Virus record (IMG/VR): IMGVR_UViG_3300034004_000005
Reading direction: 5' to 3' (one strand)
From: a virus
DNA: 64,000 nt
In this document: in pieces, positions 29,184 to 38,056 of the stretch
How positions within the stretch are numbered: position 1 is the first letter of the stretch
How the letters are laid out: the number at the start of each line of letters is the position of its first letter
Program-made: the position numbers and the translations under genes
Notes under the pieces: model-generated
Seen by the model: the letters and a program-made list of their open reading frames with translations, nothing else
What the model was told of the DNA's origin: nothing
The model's database searches: none

Positions 29184-30047
29184 GTGACCATCGAAGCCAC
29201 CATCATCGCCGACAGCATCTCTGAAGAAGGCATTCGGCTTACCACCTTCCAGCTTCGTTATCCTCGTTTCATTCATGCCGAGCTGATGACGCATCGTGTC
29301 TTCAGCCGGAATGCCAGCTCCAGCCGTGCAATCCCGGTTAAGAAGATGATCGAAGATCTTCGTCGGGATCCGGCTATGCCCGTTTACTGGGGCTCAAATA
29401 AGCCTGGAATGCAAGCTGGTGCTGAACTCGAAATGCACACTCTGCTTGGTGTTAAATGCGTCTGGATTGCAGCTATGGAAGATGCAATCGCTCATGCTGA
29501 GACACTTGTTGAAGCTGGTCTTCACAAACAGATCGCTAATCGTATTCTTGAACCCTGGGCTCACATCAACGTCGTTCTCACCGCAACCCAGTGGAACAAC
29601 TGGTACACTCTTCGTCGAGACAAACATGCTCAGCCTGAGATCAAGGCTCTTGCTGATCTCATGTGGCAGGCCCACGAAGAAGGGCCCATGCCTCGGACGC
29701 TTCAACCTGGTGAATGGCACCTACCGTACATCAATCTTTCAGATCGTCTTCGTACCGAGGACATCGAGATCCTGAAGAAGGTCTCCGTCGCTCGGTGTGC
29801 CCGGGTCAGCTATCTGACCCACGATGGTCGACAGACCTCAATCGAGGAAGATGAGCAACTCTATGATCGTCTCCTTGGCTCTCAACCGCTGCACGCCAGT
29901 CCAGCTGAGCATCAGGCGACGCCTGACATAATGAGCAAAACCTGGCCTCATCAATCTGAAACCTGGGAATACCCTGAACAACACGGCAACCTGATTGGCT
30001 GGCGTCAGCTCCGGAAGATGCTTCCAGGGGAATTTGTCCCCGGCTAA
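29184..30047 (+). CDS. thyX: Flavin-dependent thymidylate synthase ThyX
   Basis: The ThyX motif region RYPRFIHAELMTHRVFSRNASSSRAIP corresponds to RHR...S...SxR. The start is taken at GTG 29184, 5 nt after AGGAGAA. The track ATG 29097 would overlap the upstream gene. Confidence 0.8.
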   Translation: MTIEATIIADSISEEGIRLTTFQLRYPRFIHAELMTHRVFSRNASSSRAIPVKKMIEDLRRDPAMPVYWGSNKPGMQAGAELEMHTLLGVKCVWIAAMEDAIAHAETLVEAGLHKQIANRILEPWAHINVVLTATQWNNWYTLRRDKHAQPEIKALADLMWQAHEEGPMPRTLQPGEWHLPYINLSDRLRTEDIEILKKVSVARCARVSYLTHDGRQTSIEEDEQLYDRLLGSQPLHASPAEHQATPDIMSKTWPHQSETWEYPEQHGNLIGWRQLRKMLPGEFVPG

Positions 30048-30081
30048 GCTACCGGTTGACCCCAAACATAAATCTAAATAT

Positions 30082-30112
30082 CCCCCGTCGAGATTCATCG
30101 ACGGGGGTTTTT
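30082..30112 (+). terminator. Rho-independent terminator
   Basis: CCCCCGTCGA-GATTCA-TCGACGGGGG (10 bp) followed by TTTTT. Confidence 0.85.
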
Positions 30113-30188
30113 AATGCCTGGTGAGCCCGTTTCTTGGTTTGAGCGCCCTCACAGCGTTCCCAAGAAACTCTGAACCAAGGAGAATACG

Positions 30189-32753
30189 GTGGAAGTCACC
30201 AACGCAAAGGATTTCGTCACCCATGCCGTCGTAGGCGGTATGGCTGCCGAAGCCGTCGGCATGGACGACAGTCCTGAGTTCATGCACGTCCTGTCGAGCA
30301 CCCTCTACCGAGATAAGCCCCTGGCTGTCGTCCGAGAGGTGCTCTGCAATGCCTGGGACGCCCACATCGAAGCTGGCATCACCAGCATCGCTGTCGAGGT
30401 CACACTGACCCCCGACAAGTTCATCATCCGAGACTTTGGCGAAGGCATCTCCAGAGAGATGATCCGCCCAGTCTACGGCATCTATGGACGTTCCACCAAG
30501 AAGAAGAACATCTTCGTCACTGGTGGCTTCGGCCTCGGATCCAAATCTCCCTGGGCAGTCGTCGATCACTTCCAGGTGACCTCGTGTCACCAGGGTGAAA
30601 AGACGATCTACAACATGAGCAAGAGCTCAGCCCAGGTTGGCGGTAAGCCGATGATCACTCCGTTGGCATCCATGCCGACTGACGAGAGCGGGCTCGAAGT
30701 CTCGATCAATCTCAACAACCGGCACGATCATGCTCTTTATTCAAAGCTGGTCACAAAGATCGCTGCTCTCGGCGAGATGAAGGTCAAGCTCAATGGTACG
30801 TTACTCAAGGTCGTGCCATTCTCAAAAGCTGAAGACGGTTACATCATCGTCAAGCGTGCTTTGCTTGGTGAGCTCAATAACAACGTCTATGTACGTTATG
30901 GGCACGTAGTATACCCCGTTGACAGAGACGACGCCTACAGGCGTGAGCTAGGACAAGTCGACAACTTCCTTATTACCATTAACCCCAATCGCTGGGGCCA
31001 GAATGCTGAACAATGGGCTGTTGTCTTGTTCGCAGAACCAAATACTTTGTCGATCACTCCAAGCCGTGAGAGCCTCTCGAACACCGAGCAATCCGTGAAG
31101 GTCATGAAGGAGCTCTTGAGCAACTTCCTGAAGCGGATCGATGGCAAGATCGATGAGATGGTGCTGCCTCTAAATAGCCAAATGCTTCAGACGCTGCCTC
31201 CGATGTTTCCTCCGAAAGAGGTGCTCAGCACAGAAACGAAACTGGTCAATCCTGCGGGCCTGCCCGGCAAGGACACGCAACCGTACATCCCCAATTTGAT
31301 GCAGCTCGGTGCGGCGTATATGCGTCAGCACTATCCAGATAATCGAGGCTTTAGAGAAGCCGATCTTAAAGAACGTCTCGACATTATGATCGAGAGCCAA
31401 TTCGGTCAAACCCGACTGATGAAAGTTCTGCGTAGTGAGCTTCAGCGCACGGTTTACTCAAAGAAGAGTAAGCATACTGCAAAAACAAAAAAACGTCGAA
31501 TCGTCTCTGGTCCGTGGGACTATAATCGGCGCACTACTTGGGTTCACAAGAAAGTCTTGTGGCCCGTCGCTCGTGAGTTCGTCGAAGCTGGCCTTCAGAA
31601 CAGATTGAACAATCTCTTCGTTTACGAAGGAAAAGAGCATGGTCGCAGACCAGCTGTTAAGCCTGGTGCTCAATGGGGACCTTATGGTCACTGGGCACAA
31701 CTGACACCTTTTAAGCATTTCAAACAGCCAAGCCTGCTTCAATCGATGCCTTTCCTTCGTGGATTAGCAATCGTAGCTCATAATCGTGCCGACATCGAAG
31801 AGCGTCTCGACAAGTTCCCAGCTGTGCAACACTGGTTCGGAGATCCAGACGGCTGCGTTGCCTGTATCATCCCCAGGATCAACAAGAAGCAGACTGCTCA
31901 AGAAGCCATTGCTGTCTTCGAGAAGATGGGCTTCTACGTTCTCGATCTAACTCGTTTCCATTCCTGGGAGAAGCATCTCGAACAAGATCGTGAAGAGCAA
32001 GCTGTCCAGCGTAAGGCTGCTCCAAAGATCAAAAAGAAAAAGCTCGTTGGTTACCCAACATTGAGCTCAGCTCTTAAGCTTTCACAAAAAGCCTTTGATC
32101 TGGATAACCTCTATAGTGAAAATGCTACTCGTCTGGAGCAACCTGAGTTTGTTGCTGTGATGCCCTACAGGGCAGAGTTCAACCAGATCGGTGATTGGTC
32201 GCATACAGCTTCTCTCTCGATTGCTCGTACTTTTGGTCATCGTGGTGTTGCTGCTCGCAGTACCAGTCAAGAGATCAAGATGTTGGCAGACAATCCAGGT
32301 GCCCGTACACTTGTTCCGTGGGTGCTGGACCAGGTGTTAGAGGCCTATAAGACCAATCCTGACATTGAGGCCTATTACCGTAACTCGGCCAAATATATGT
32401 CATCCGTGGATGACACGACCAAGCAAGTCGTTCGAATGATTCGAGCTGACGAGAAGCTAAGAAAGCGTTTTAAGCTGCAAGGCATACTCACCACCAAAGC
32501 TGCTGATTGCGTTAGGATCTTCGAGTCCAAGAACAGTGGCTACAGTTCGAAGGCTCAAATCATAGAGATCCGAAAGCTCATGATACCCTGGACACCAAGT
32601 CCAGAGCTCGAAGCTCTCCTCAAAATCGTTCGATCCAATACTCGTTTCGAGTTGATGGACCTCGATCAAATGGAGAGACATCTCAAGATGGATCTCGAAA
32701 CTCCACTCAAAACCACGGCACGAGACATTCTCCTGCTGGCTCTGAAAGGATAA
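30189..32753 (+). CDS. rIIA: rIIA-like protein (GHKL-type ATPase fold N-terminus)
   Basis: 854 aa; GTG start after GAACCAAGGAGA. N-box EVLCNAWDAH, G1 IRDFGEGIS and G2 TGGFGLGSKSP resemble the HATPase_c motifs of T4 rIIA. It is paired with a large downstream gene. Confidence 0.7.
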   Translation: MEVTNAKDFVTHAVVGGMAAEAVGMDDSPEFMHVLSSTLYRDKPLAVVREVLCNAWDAHIEAGITSIAVEVTLTPDKFIIRDFGEGISREMIRPVYGIYGRSTKKKNIFVTGGFGLGSKSPWAVVDHFQVTSCHQGEKTIYNMSKSSAQVGGKPMITPLASMPTDESGLEVSINLNNRHDHALYSKLVTKIAALGEMKVKLNGTLLKVVPFSKAEDGYIIVKRALLGELNNNVYVRYGHVVYPVDRDDAYRRELGQVDNFLITINPNRWGQNAEQWAVVLFAEPNTLSITPSRESLSNTEQSVKVMKELLSNFLKRIDGKIDEMVLPLNSQMLQTLPPMFPPKEVLSTETKLVNPAGLPGKDTQPYIPNLMQLGAAYMRQHYPDNRGFREADLKERLDIMIESQFGQTRLMKVLRSELQRTVYSKKSKHTAKTKKRRIVSGPWDYNRRTTWVHKKVLWPVAREFVEAGLQNRLNNLFVYEGKEHGRRPAVKPGAQWGPYGHWAQLTPFKHFKQPSLLQSMPFLRGLAIVAHNRADIEERLDKFPAVQHWFGDPDGCVACIIPRINKKQTAQEAIAVFEKMGFYVLDLTRFHSWEKHLEQDREEQAVQRKAAPKIKKKKLVGYPTLSSALKLSQKAFDLDNLYSENATRLEQPEFVAVMPYRAEFNQIGDWSHTASLSIARTFGHRGVAARSTSQEIKMLADNPGARTLVPWVLDQVLEAYKTNPDIEAYYRNSAKYMSSVDDTTKQVVRMIRADEKLRKRFKLQGILTTKAADCVRIFESKNSGYSSKAQIIEIRKLMIPWTPSPELEALLKIVRSNTRFELMDLDQMERHLKMDLETPLKTTARDILLLALKG

Positions 32754-32759
32754 ACAGAC

Positions 32760-34892
32760 ATGATCATTCGCATCGTCGCAGCCGTGGTCGATACCAGGCT
32801 CATTACTCTCTATGAGGCCGAGACCGGCAAGGCCTATGAGATCCGCCAGGGTGATCCTCGCATCCAGCAGATCGTCGATAATGTTCTACCGAAGGTCCAG
32901 AACGGTCAAATCGCCGACTTCCATTACGAAGCCGGTCCTGGAAATACGAACCCGTACAAGGACTTCCAAGAAGCCTCGGGTGGCGTCGTAAAGTTCTTCC
33001 GCATCGCCAAGCGCAAGCTGTTCGGTTTGTTCGGCAGCTCAGACGATGAAATCGTGGCTCAGGAAGGCGTCTATGGACACTTACCTGCACCACCTGCTCC
33101 GGCTCCTATCGCAGCTCCTGCTGCGGAGGAAGTGGAATCGATCACCGATACTGCCGAGCTCACGCCGGATATGTCTAAGGCGGTCAGCGAGATCATCAAG
33201 CACGCCGAACCAGTGACGAAAAAGGACTTCTCTGAGCGTCACACGACCGAAGAGGAGACCATGATCGCGGTCACCGGCACCGGCAAGGAACAGCGTATTC
33301 TCCCGGGTGTCGAGCAGCTCCGGGGACAGTTCGCTCATGCAGCCAAGCTTGGCTCTACCCAGGGCGTCCAGCGTCTGATCGAGCGTCTGACAGCGATCAT
33401 CGACAAGCGTCAGCACTCCGTCCAGGACGTGCTCAGGTTCCTGGAAAAAGGAGACCTCCCAGTCGCCGACGATGGCTCGATCATCGCCTATAAGCGACTG
33501 TATCGGAAGGGTGATCGCTATGTCGATCCACACACCAGAAAAGTAACTCAGCGAGTTGGCAGCTATGTCTGTCTCGATGAGAGCCTGGTCGACAAGAACC
33601 GCCGTAATGAATGCTCAAACGGTCTGCACATTGGCCGTCGGCAATACATGGGCAGCTTCTCCGGCGATGTGATCACGATCTGTAAGATCGATCCGGAAGA
33701 CGTAATCGTCGTCCCGCACAACGATCCGAATAAGGTTCGGGTCTGCGGCTATCACATCATCAGCGAACTTGGTGATGCTGAGTTCAAGATTATCTGTCGG
33801 AATGAACCGATGACCGAAACCGAAAAGGCCAAGAGCCTACTGGCTCGGGCCATTCGTGGTGAACATATCGGTCGAATCGAAGAGGTGAAGATCACCGGTT
33901 CACATGGTAATGGCCTCGTCATCACTCCCCTGGAGAACGGCAAAAAGGTCATCGCCAAGGGCAAGGTCGAGGCTCCCAACGCCGTCGCCCTGGATGACGC
34001 CACTGTTGTTGAGCCAGATCCGAAGAAGGGCCCCGAAGCCAGGGCTGACGTCAAGGCGGTGATCAACACCGTCACGCCTGCCCAGGCACCTGATCCGGAA
34101 CCCGCCCCAACCAGTGCTGCTCCCGTTGGCTCCAAGCGAGTGCAGACCATGCGGTCGTTCTATGCCAGCTTGATCGCCACCAAGGACGAGAAGAAGCGTC
34201 TCGCCATCGCTACCGAGGCTTTCAACTTCAAAAAAGCAGCCAAGGTCGGCTGGCAGACATTAGGGCTCAGCGAAGCCGAGGCCAAGATCATCGTCGATAC
34301 GGCTACACAGAAGCCCGCTGAGCTTCCTCCGGTTAACGTGGCACCTCCGGAGCCCGAACCCGAGGCTGTGCCCGTCTTGGGCGTTCCTGAGGCCAAGGAA
34401 ACCATCACCGGAGCACCTGATGCACCGGCTGCTGGTAACTTCAACCGGAAGGAAACAGCAGCCTCACTGTTTACGACTGCCAGCGAAGGGACCAACCACA
34501 TCAACGTCCGTCGTGAAGCTCTCATTGGCCTGAAGCACCTCAAGCAAAAGGCCCGGGTCAGCTGGGATGCTCTTGGCCTACACAACGAGGACATCCGGAT
34601 CCTGGAGCAAGCTCTGAGCCAGGAAGCGATACTCAAGCCCGCAGATTTACCGGTACCCTTACCAAGGCAAGATCCTCTCAATGAGGAATACGGTGAACCT
34701 GCACCAAAGAAGAAGTGGACCAAACCCGAAGTAACCACGACCAAGCTCAGCAAAGCTGAGATGGCTCGTGAGCTCTTCAGCCGTAAGGAATGGGCCAAGC
34801 TCCATGAGTTCAAGAAATCTGCCAAGAAGAGCTGGCAGGTACTCGGCTTCAACGAAGGTGAGGAGAAGACCATCCTCGCCAACAAGTCATAG
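32760..34892 (+). CDS. rIIB: rIIB-like protein with three C-terminal ~50-aa repeat modules
   Basis: 710 aa. Called by adjacency to the rIIA-like gene and by a conserved central core (RLYRKGDRYVDPHTRKV...CSNGLHIGRRQYM...VVPHNDPNKVRVCGYHII). The assignment is synteny-based. Confidence 0.5.
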   Translation: MIIRIVAAVVDTRLITLYEAETGKAYEIRQGDPRIQQIVDNVLPKVQNGQIADFHYEAGPGNTNPYKDFQEASGGVVKFFRIAKRKLFGLFGSSDDEIVAQEGVYGHLPAPPAPAPIAAPAAEEVESITDTAELTPDMSKAVSEIIKHAEPVTKKDFSERHTTEEETMIAVTGTGKEQRILPGVEQLRGQFAHAAKLGSTQGVQRLIERLTAIIDKRQHSVQDVLRFLEKGDLPVADDGSIIAYKRLYRKGDRYVDPHTRKVTQRVGSYVCLDESLVDKNRRNECSNGLHIGRRQYMGSFSGDVITICKIDPEDVIVVPHNDPNKVRVCGYHIISELGDAEFKIICRNEPMTETEKAKSLLARAIRGEHIGRIEEVKITGSHGNGLVITPLENGKKVIAKGKVEAPNAVALDDATVVEPDPKKGPEARADVKAVINTVTPAQAPDPEPAPTSAAPVGSKRVQTMRSFYASLIATKDEKKRLAIATEAFNFKKAAKVGWQTLGLSEAEAKIIVDTATQKPAELPPVNVAPPEPEPEAVPVLGVPEAKETITGAPDAPAAGNFNRKETAASLFTTASEGTNHINVRREALIGLKHLKQKARVSWDALGLHNEDIRILEQALSQEAILKPADLPVPLPRQDPLNEEYGEPAPKKKWTKPEVTTTKLSKAEMARELFSRKEWAKLHEFKKSAKKSWQVLGFNEGEEKTILANKS
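34143..34889 (+). repeat. Three in-frame protein modules F.(F/H)(K)K.AK.(S/G)W..LG......I
   Basis: The modules are ...EAFNFKKAAKVGWQTLGLSEAEAKIIVD, ...LKHLKQKARVSWDALGLHNEDIRILEQ and ...LHEFKKSAKKSWQVLGFNEGEEKTILA. A fourth, free-standing copy is the next gene (34902..35120). Confidence 0.7.
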
Positions 34893-34901
34893 GAGGACTG
34901 A

Positions 34902-35120
34902 ATGGGCCTATACTCCTATGCTGCGTCGCTCCAGGGCAGGAAGAAGAGCGACGAGGCAGCCTCAGAACAACGTCAGAAAACTGCTCGGTCTTATTATGAG
35001 ACCGAGCAATGGGCGGAGCTCTGGAAATTCAAGAAAACCTGCAAGAAAAGCTTGACCTCTCTCGGCTTTACCGATGTTGAGGCCAAGCGAATCGAGGGCT
35101 TCAAGCCCGACTGGATCTGA
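34902..35120 (+). CDS. Free-standing copy of the rIIB-like C-terminal module (72 aa)
   Basis: AGGAGG SD. ...WAELWKFKKTCKKSLTSLGFTDVEAKRIEGF aligns by eye with the three modules at the end of the upstream gene. Confidence 0.6.
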   Translation: MGLYSYAASLQGRKKSDEAASEQRQKTARSYYETEQWAELWKFKKTCKKSLTSLGFTDVEAKRIEGFKPDWI

Positions 35121-35129
35121 TCCACAATG

Positions 35130-35171
35130 CCCCTGCGGGAAGACCTATTCTTCCTGTAGGGGTATTCTTTT
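35130..35171 (+). terminator. Rho-independent terminator
   Basis: 14-bp stem CCCCTGCGGGAAGA-CCTAT-TCTTCCTGTAGGGG (two G-T pairs) followed by TATTCTTTT. Confidence 0.7.
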
Positions 35172-35186
35172 AATGGGAAACTACTG

Positions 35187-35507
35187 ATGAGCTCTGAAAG
35201 CCAAAGCAATCGAAAGGCAAGCGATGCAGACATTGTTCGACTGAACAGTGTCGGTCTCTCTCTGGGAGCCATTGCTAGTGCTCTCGATTGTCATCCAACA
35301 ACAATCACCCTTCGGCTCAAAGCTCTAGGTATTGAGCCAGCTGACACCCGTCGCTCCTTCATGGAAGACATCTACATGGGGTTAACCCCAAGTCAGCAAA
35401 AATGGCTGGCATCCCAGCTCGGTCCCCACGTCTCGATCAAAGACTTCATCAAGAACATGCTCGTCGAGCGGTTCATTATCGGAGAAAACACCAATGCAGC
35501 AGCCTGA
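35187..35507 (+). CDS. Helix-turn-helix DNA-binding protein (106 aa)
   Basis: LSLGAIASALDCHPTTITLRLKALGI is a classical HTH pattern. Confidence 0.55.
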   Translation: MSSESQSNRKASDADIVRLNSVGLSLGAIASALDCHPTTITLRLKALGIEPADTRRSFMEDIYMGLTPSQQKWLASQLGPHVSIKDFIKNMLVERFIIGENTNAAA

Positions 35508-35967
35508 TCCTCAAGTCGTCACCCGCCCTATCTTCTCGGAAACAGCTGGCTGGTTCCAGAAGGCTGTCCCCCAGCCTGGTGCGAAGAACTTCACCACACA
35601 GCTCGGCGTTCACTTCGAAGAAGTACGCGAGATGGTCCAGGAATTGGTCGGTAGCGACCAGGAAACCATGAACTTACTGGTCAATGCCGAACAGGCGTTG
35701 CACGCATTGGCTCAACATCTCAAAAAGAATGAGCACTCGGTCTCGATTAACAACCGAGTCGAATACCTCGATGCTCTCTGCGATCAGATCGTCACGGCCA
35801 CCGGCTGTGCTCACATGGCCGGGATGAATATCGTCAGCGGTTTGAACGAAGTGAACCGTTCGAACTTCTCCAAGTTCGATGATAATGGTGAGCCGATCTT
35901 CGATGATAATCGCAAGGTCATGAAGAGCCTCAATTACAGCAAGGCCGATCTGTCCCCCTTTGTTTGA
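35494..35967 (+). CDS. MazG-like nucleoside triphosphate pyrophosphohydrolase
   Basis: LGVHFEEVREMVQEL ... YLDALCDQIV (the EExxE and ExxD metal-binding helices) and C-terminal NEVNRSNFSKFDDNGEPIFDDNRKVMKS are typical of phage MazG/HisE-like proteins. Confidence 0.6.
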   Translation: MQQPDPQVVTRPIFSETAGWFQKAVPQPGAKNFTTQLGVHFEEVREMVQELVGSDQETMNLLVNAEQALHALAQHLKKNEHSVSINNRVEYLDALCDQIVTATGCAHMAGMNIVSGLNEVNRSNFSKFDDNGEPIFDDNRKVMKSLNYSKADLSPFV

Positions 35968-36000
35968 AGGTCCTGTCAGGATCTAACAACAACAACCCCG

Positions 36001-36028
36001 AAGCCCTCCGGAAACGGAGGGCTTTATT
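36001..36028 (+). terminator. Hairpin terminator inside the track-predicted 5' end of the helicase ORF
   Basis: AAGCCCTCCG-GAAA-CGGAGGGCTT (10 bp, GNRA loop) followed by TATT. Confidence 0.55.
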
Positions 36029-36044
36029 GCATCAGGACATCCCC

Positions 36045-37361
36045 GTGAACACCACCCCAGCTCCAACTGTTCATTCGCTGAACACTGGCCAACAAGCCGC
36101 AGCTGACGCTTTCTTTCAGTTCCTTTTCTCGGACGAGAAGGAAATGATTATCAGCGGGCCTGGTGGCACGGGTAAAACCCACCTCATGAGCTGGCTCATC
36201 GACCAGGTGATGCCCCGCTACTTCGAGACGTGTCGACTGATGGGCATCGATCCTCAGTACGAACAGGTCAAGATGACAGCGACCACCAACAAGGCAGCCG
36301 AGGTTCTCGGCGTCGCTACCCAAAGACCGACCGACACCATTCACTCGTTCCTCAACCTGAAGGTCCAGGATGACTTTACGACTGGTGACAGCAAGCTCAC
36401 CAAGACGATCAACTGGATGGTCCACGAGAACCTCATCCTGTTTATCGACGAGTGCTCGATGATCGATCAGGATCTACGTGTCCTGATCAAAGAAGGCACA
36501 CACAACTGCAAGATCATCTACGTCGGAGATCATTGCCAGCTGGCTCCCGTGAAGGAGACGCTGAGCCCAATCTACAAGGACAATCTACCGTTCTATGAGC
36601 TCACCGAGCCAATGAGGACTAAGGATCCGTATCTCCAAGCTCTTCATAAGCAGCTCCGGCATACGGTCGAATACAACGAGTTCTTTCCGATCCAAGAAGT
36701 CCCGGGCGTGATCGATCACCTCGACGACAATGATATGCAGTTCGCCATCAATCATGTCTTCAGCCAACAGACCCATGAGAGCCGAGTGCTCTCATACACC
36801 AACAGTCGGGTCATGGAGTATAACGATCATATCCGACAGCTCAGAGGCTTGCCCTGCGAATATACAAAGGGCGAGTTCCTCGTAAACAACTCAGCTATTC
36901 GGTTGAAGAACCGGATGTTGTCTGTCGAAGAAGAACTCACTGTCATCGACGCTTCAGCAAAAGTCGAAGACATTCCTATCGAAGGCAACGTCGTACTCAA
37001 CGTCCGTCGGGTATCTCTTGAAACCCGTCTCGGAGAAGTCTTCAGCAACATCCCCATTCCAACAGATCGGCTGCACTTTGCTGAGCTCCTCAAATACTTC
37101 CGTCGAAAGAGGGAATGGAAGAAGTTTTTCGAGCTGAAGAACACGTACCCAGACCTCCGTCCTCGTGACGCTGCCACTGTGCATAAAAGCCAGGGTAGCA
37201 CTTACGAGCACGTCTTCATCGATCTCGGCAATATCAGCACCTGCAACATTCCGAACCAAGTTGCTCGGATGCTTTATGTTGCTTTCACCCGTCCACGTAC
37301 TAGAGTGTTCCTATATGGACAGCTCGCTCAGAAGTATGGGGGCCCCATTCTAGGAGCTTGA
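36045..37361 (+). CDS. SF1B (RecD/Dda/Pif1-like) DNA helicase
   Basis: Walker A GPGGTGKTHL and Walker B LILFIDECSMID, plus IYVGDHCQLAPV and ATVHKSQGSTYEHVFID. The start is set at GTG 36045 (AGGA 7 nt upstream), downstream of the hairpin; the track start is 35964. Confidence 0.85.
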   Translation: MNTTPAPTVHSLNTGQQAAADAFFQFLFSDEKEMIISGPGGTGKTHLMSWLIDQVMPRYFETCRLMGIDPQYEQVKMTATTNKAAEVLGVATQRPTDTIHSFLNLKVQDDFTTGDSKLTKTINWMVHENLILFIDECSMIDQDLRVLIKEGTHNCKIIYVGDHCQLAPVKETLSPIYKDNLPFYELTEPMRTKDPYLQALHKQLRHTVEYNEFFPIQEVPGVIDHLDDNDMQFAINHVFSQQTHESRVLSYTNSRVMEYNDHIRQLRGLPCEYTKGEFLVNNSAIRLKNRMLSVEEELTVIDASAKVEDIPIEGNVVLNVRRVSLETRLGEVFSNIPIPTDRLHFAELLKYFRRKREWKKFFELKNTYPDLRPRDAATVHKSQGSTYEHVFIDLGNISTCNIPNQVARMLYVAFTRPRTRVFLYGQLAQKYGGPILGA

Positions 37362-37364
37362 ACA

Positions 37365-37874
37365 ATGTTCGGCCAGCGTATCAATGATCTCTTATCTGAG
37401 ATCCAAAAGTATTTGTTCGCTGCTGAGTATCGCCGACTTGATCGCTGGATCAACCAACTGATCAAAGAGAACCAGAAAGCTTATAACGACCTCAGCCTTC
37501 AAGGCTTCGTCTACAATGGAGTTGTCTATAAGCCATCTGATCTTCAGTTGGCCAACACCGCTACCAAGCGTCGAGGTTTGCACCCCTCGCTCACCGAACA
37601 AATGGAAGGCTATCTGAGGGACCTCAATGTCCTGATCGATGACCAGGCCTTCATCCGACAAAGCCTCTACCGTGTGCTCGATGGATGCACCACCACCCAG
37701 GGTATCCGAGATGCTCTTCCCAACTGCCTCGCAGGTAGCTTAGAGTGCATCCAGGGCCTCGCCCGTGGGGGGGAAGAGGCGTTCACGATCAAAGACGATG
37801 AGCGGGCCATGCGGCAGTACCGGAGGGTAGTGCCCAAGATCGAGCTCTACGTGACGACGAGGATGCTCTACTAA
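37365..37874 (+). CDS. Hypothetical protein (169 aa)
   Basis: GGAG SD; lies between the helicase and polymerase genes. Confidence 0.65.
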   Translation: MFGQRINDLLSEIQKYLFAAEYRRLDRWINQLIKENQKAYNDLSLQGFVYNGVVYKPSDLQLANTATKRRGLHPSLTEQMEGYLRDLNVLIDDQAFIRQSLYRVLDGCTTTQGIRDALPNCLAGSLECIQGLARGGEEAFTIKDDERAMRQYRRVVPKIELYVTTRMLY

Positions 37875-38056
37875 TGCTTAAAGATCCTGATCGCCGATAC
37901 CGTGAGCGGTATCAATGGGCTCTTAATGAAAATGGGATCACCAATGGAACTCCTTGGGAAGATCTTACTGATCAACAACGCCAAAACATTCGTAATGAGG
38001 TTCACCGATATGATCGTGAAATGGATGATCTCGGGAAACTTATACGCGGAAGTTAG
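37874..38056 (+). CDS. Hypothetical protein (60 aa)
   Basis: TAATG junction; acidic/basic helical composition. Confidence 0.5.
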   Translation: MLKDPDRRYRERYQWALNENGITNGTPWEDLTDQQRQNIRNEVHRYDREMDDLGKLIRGS

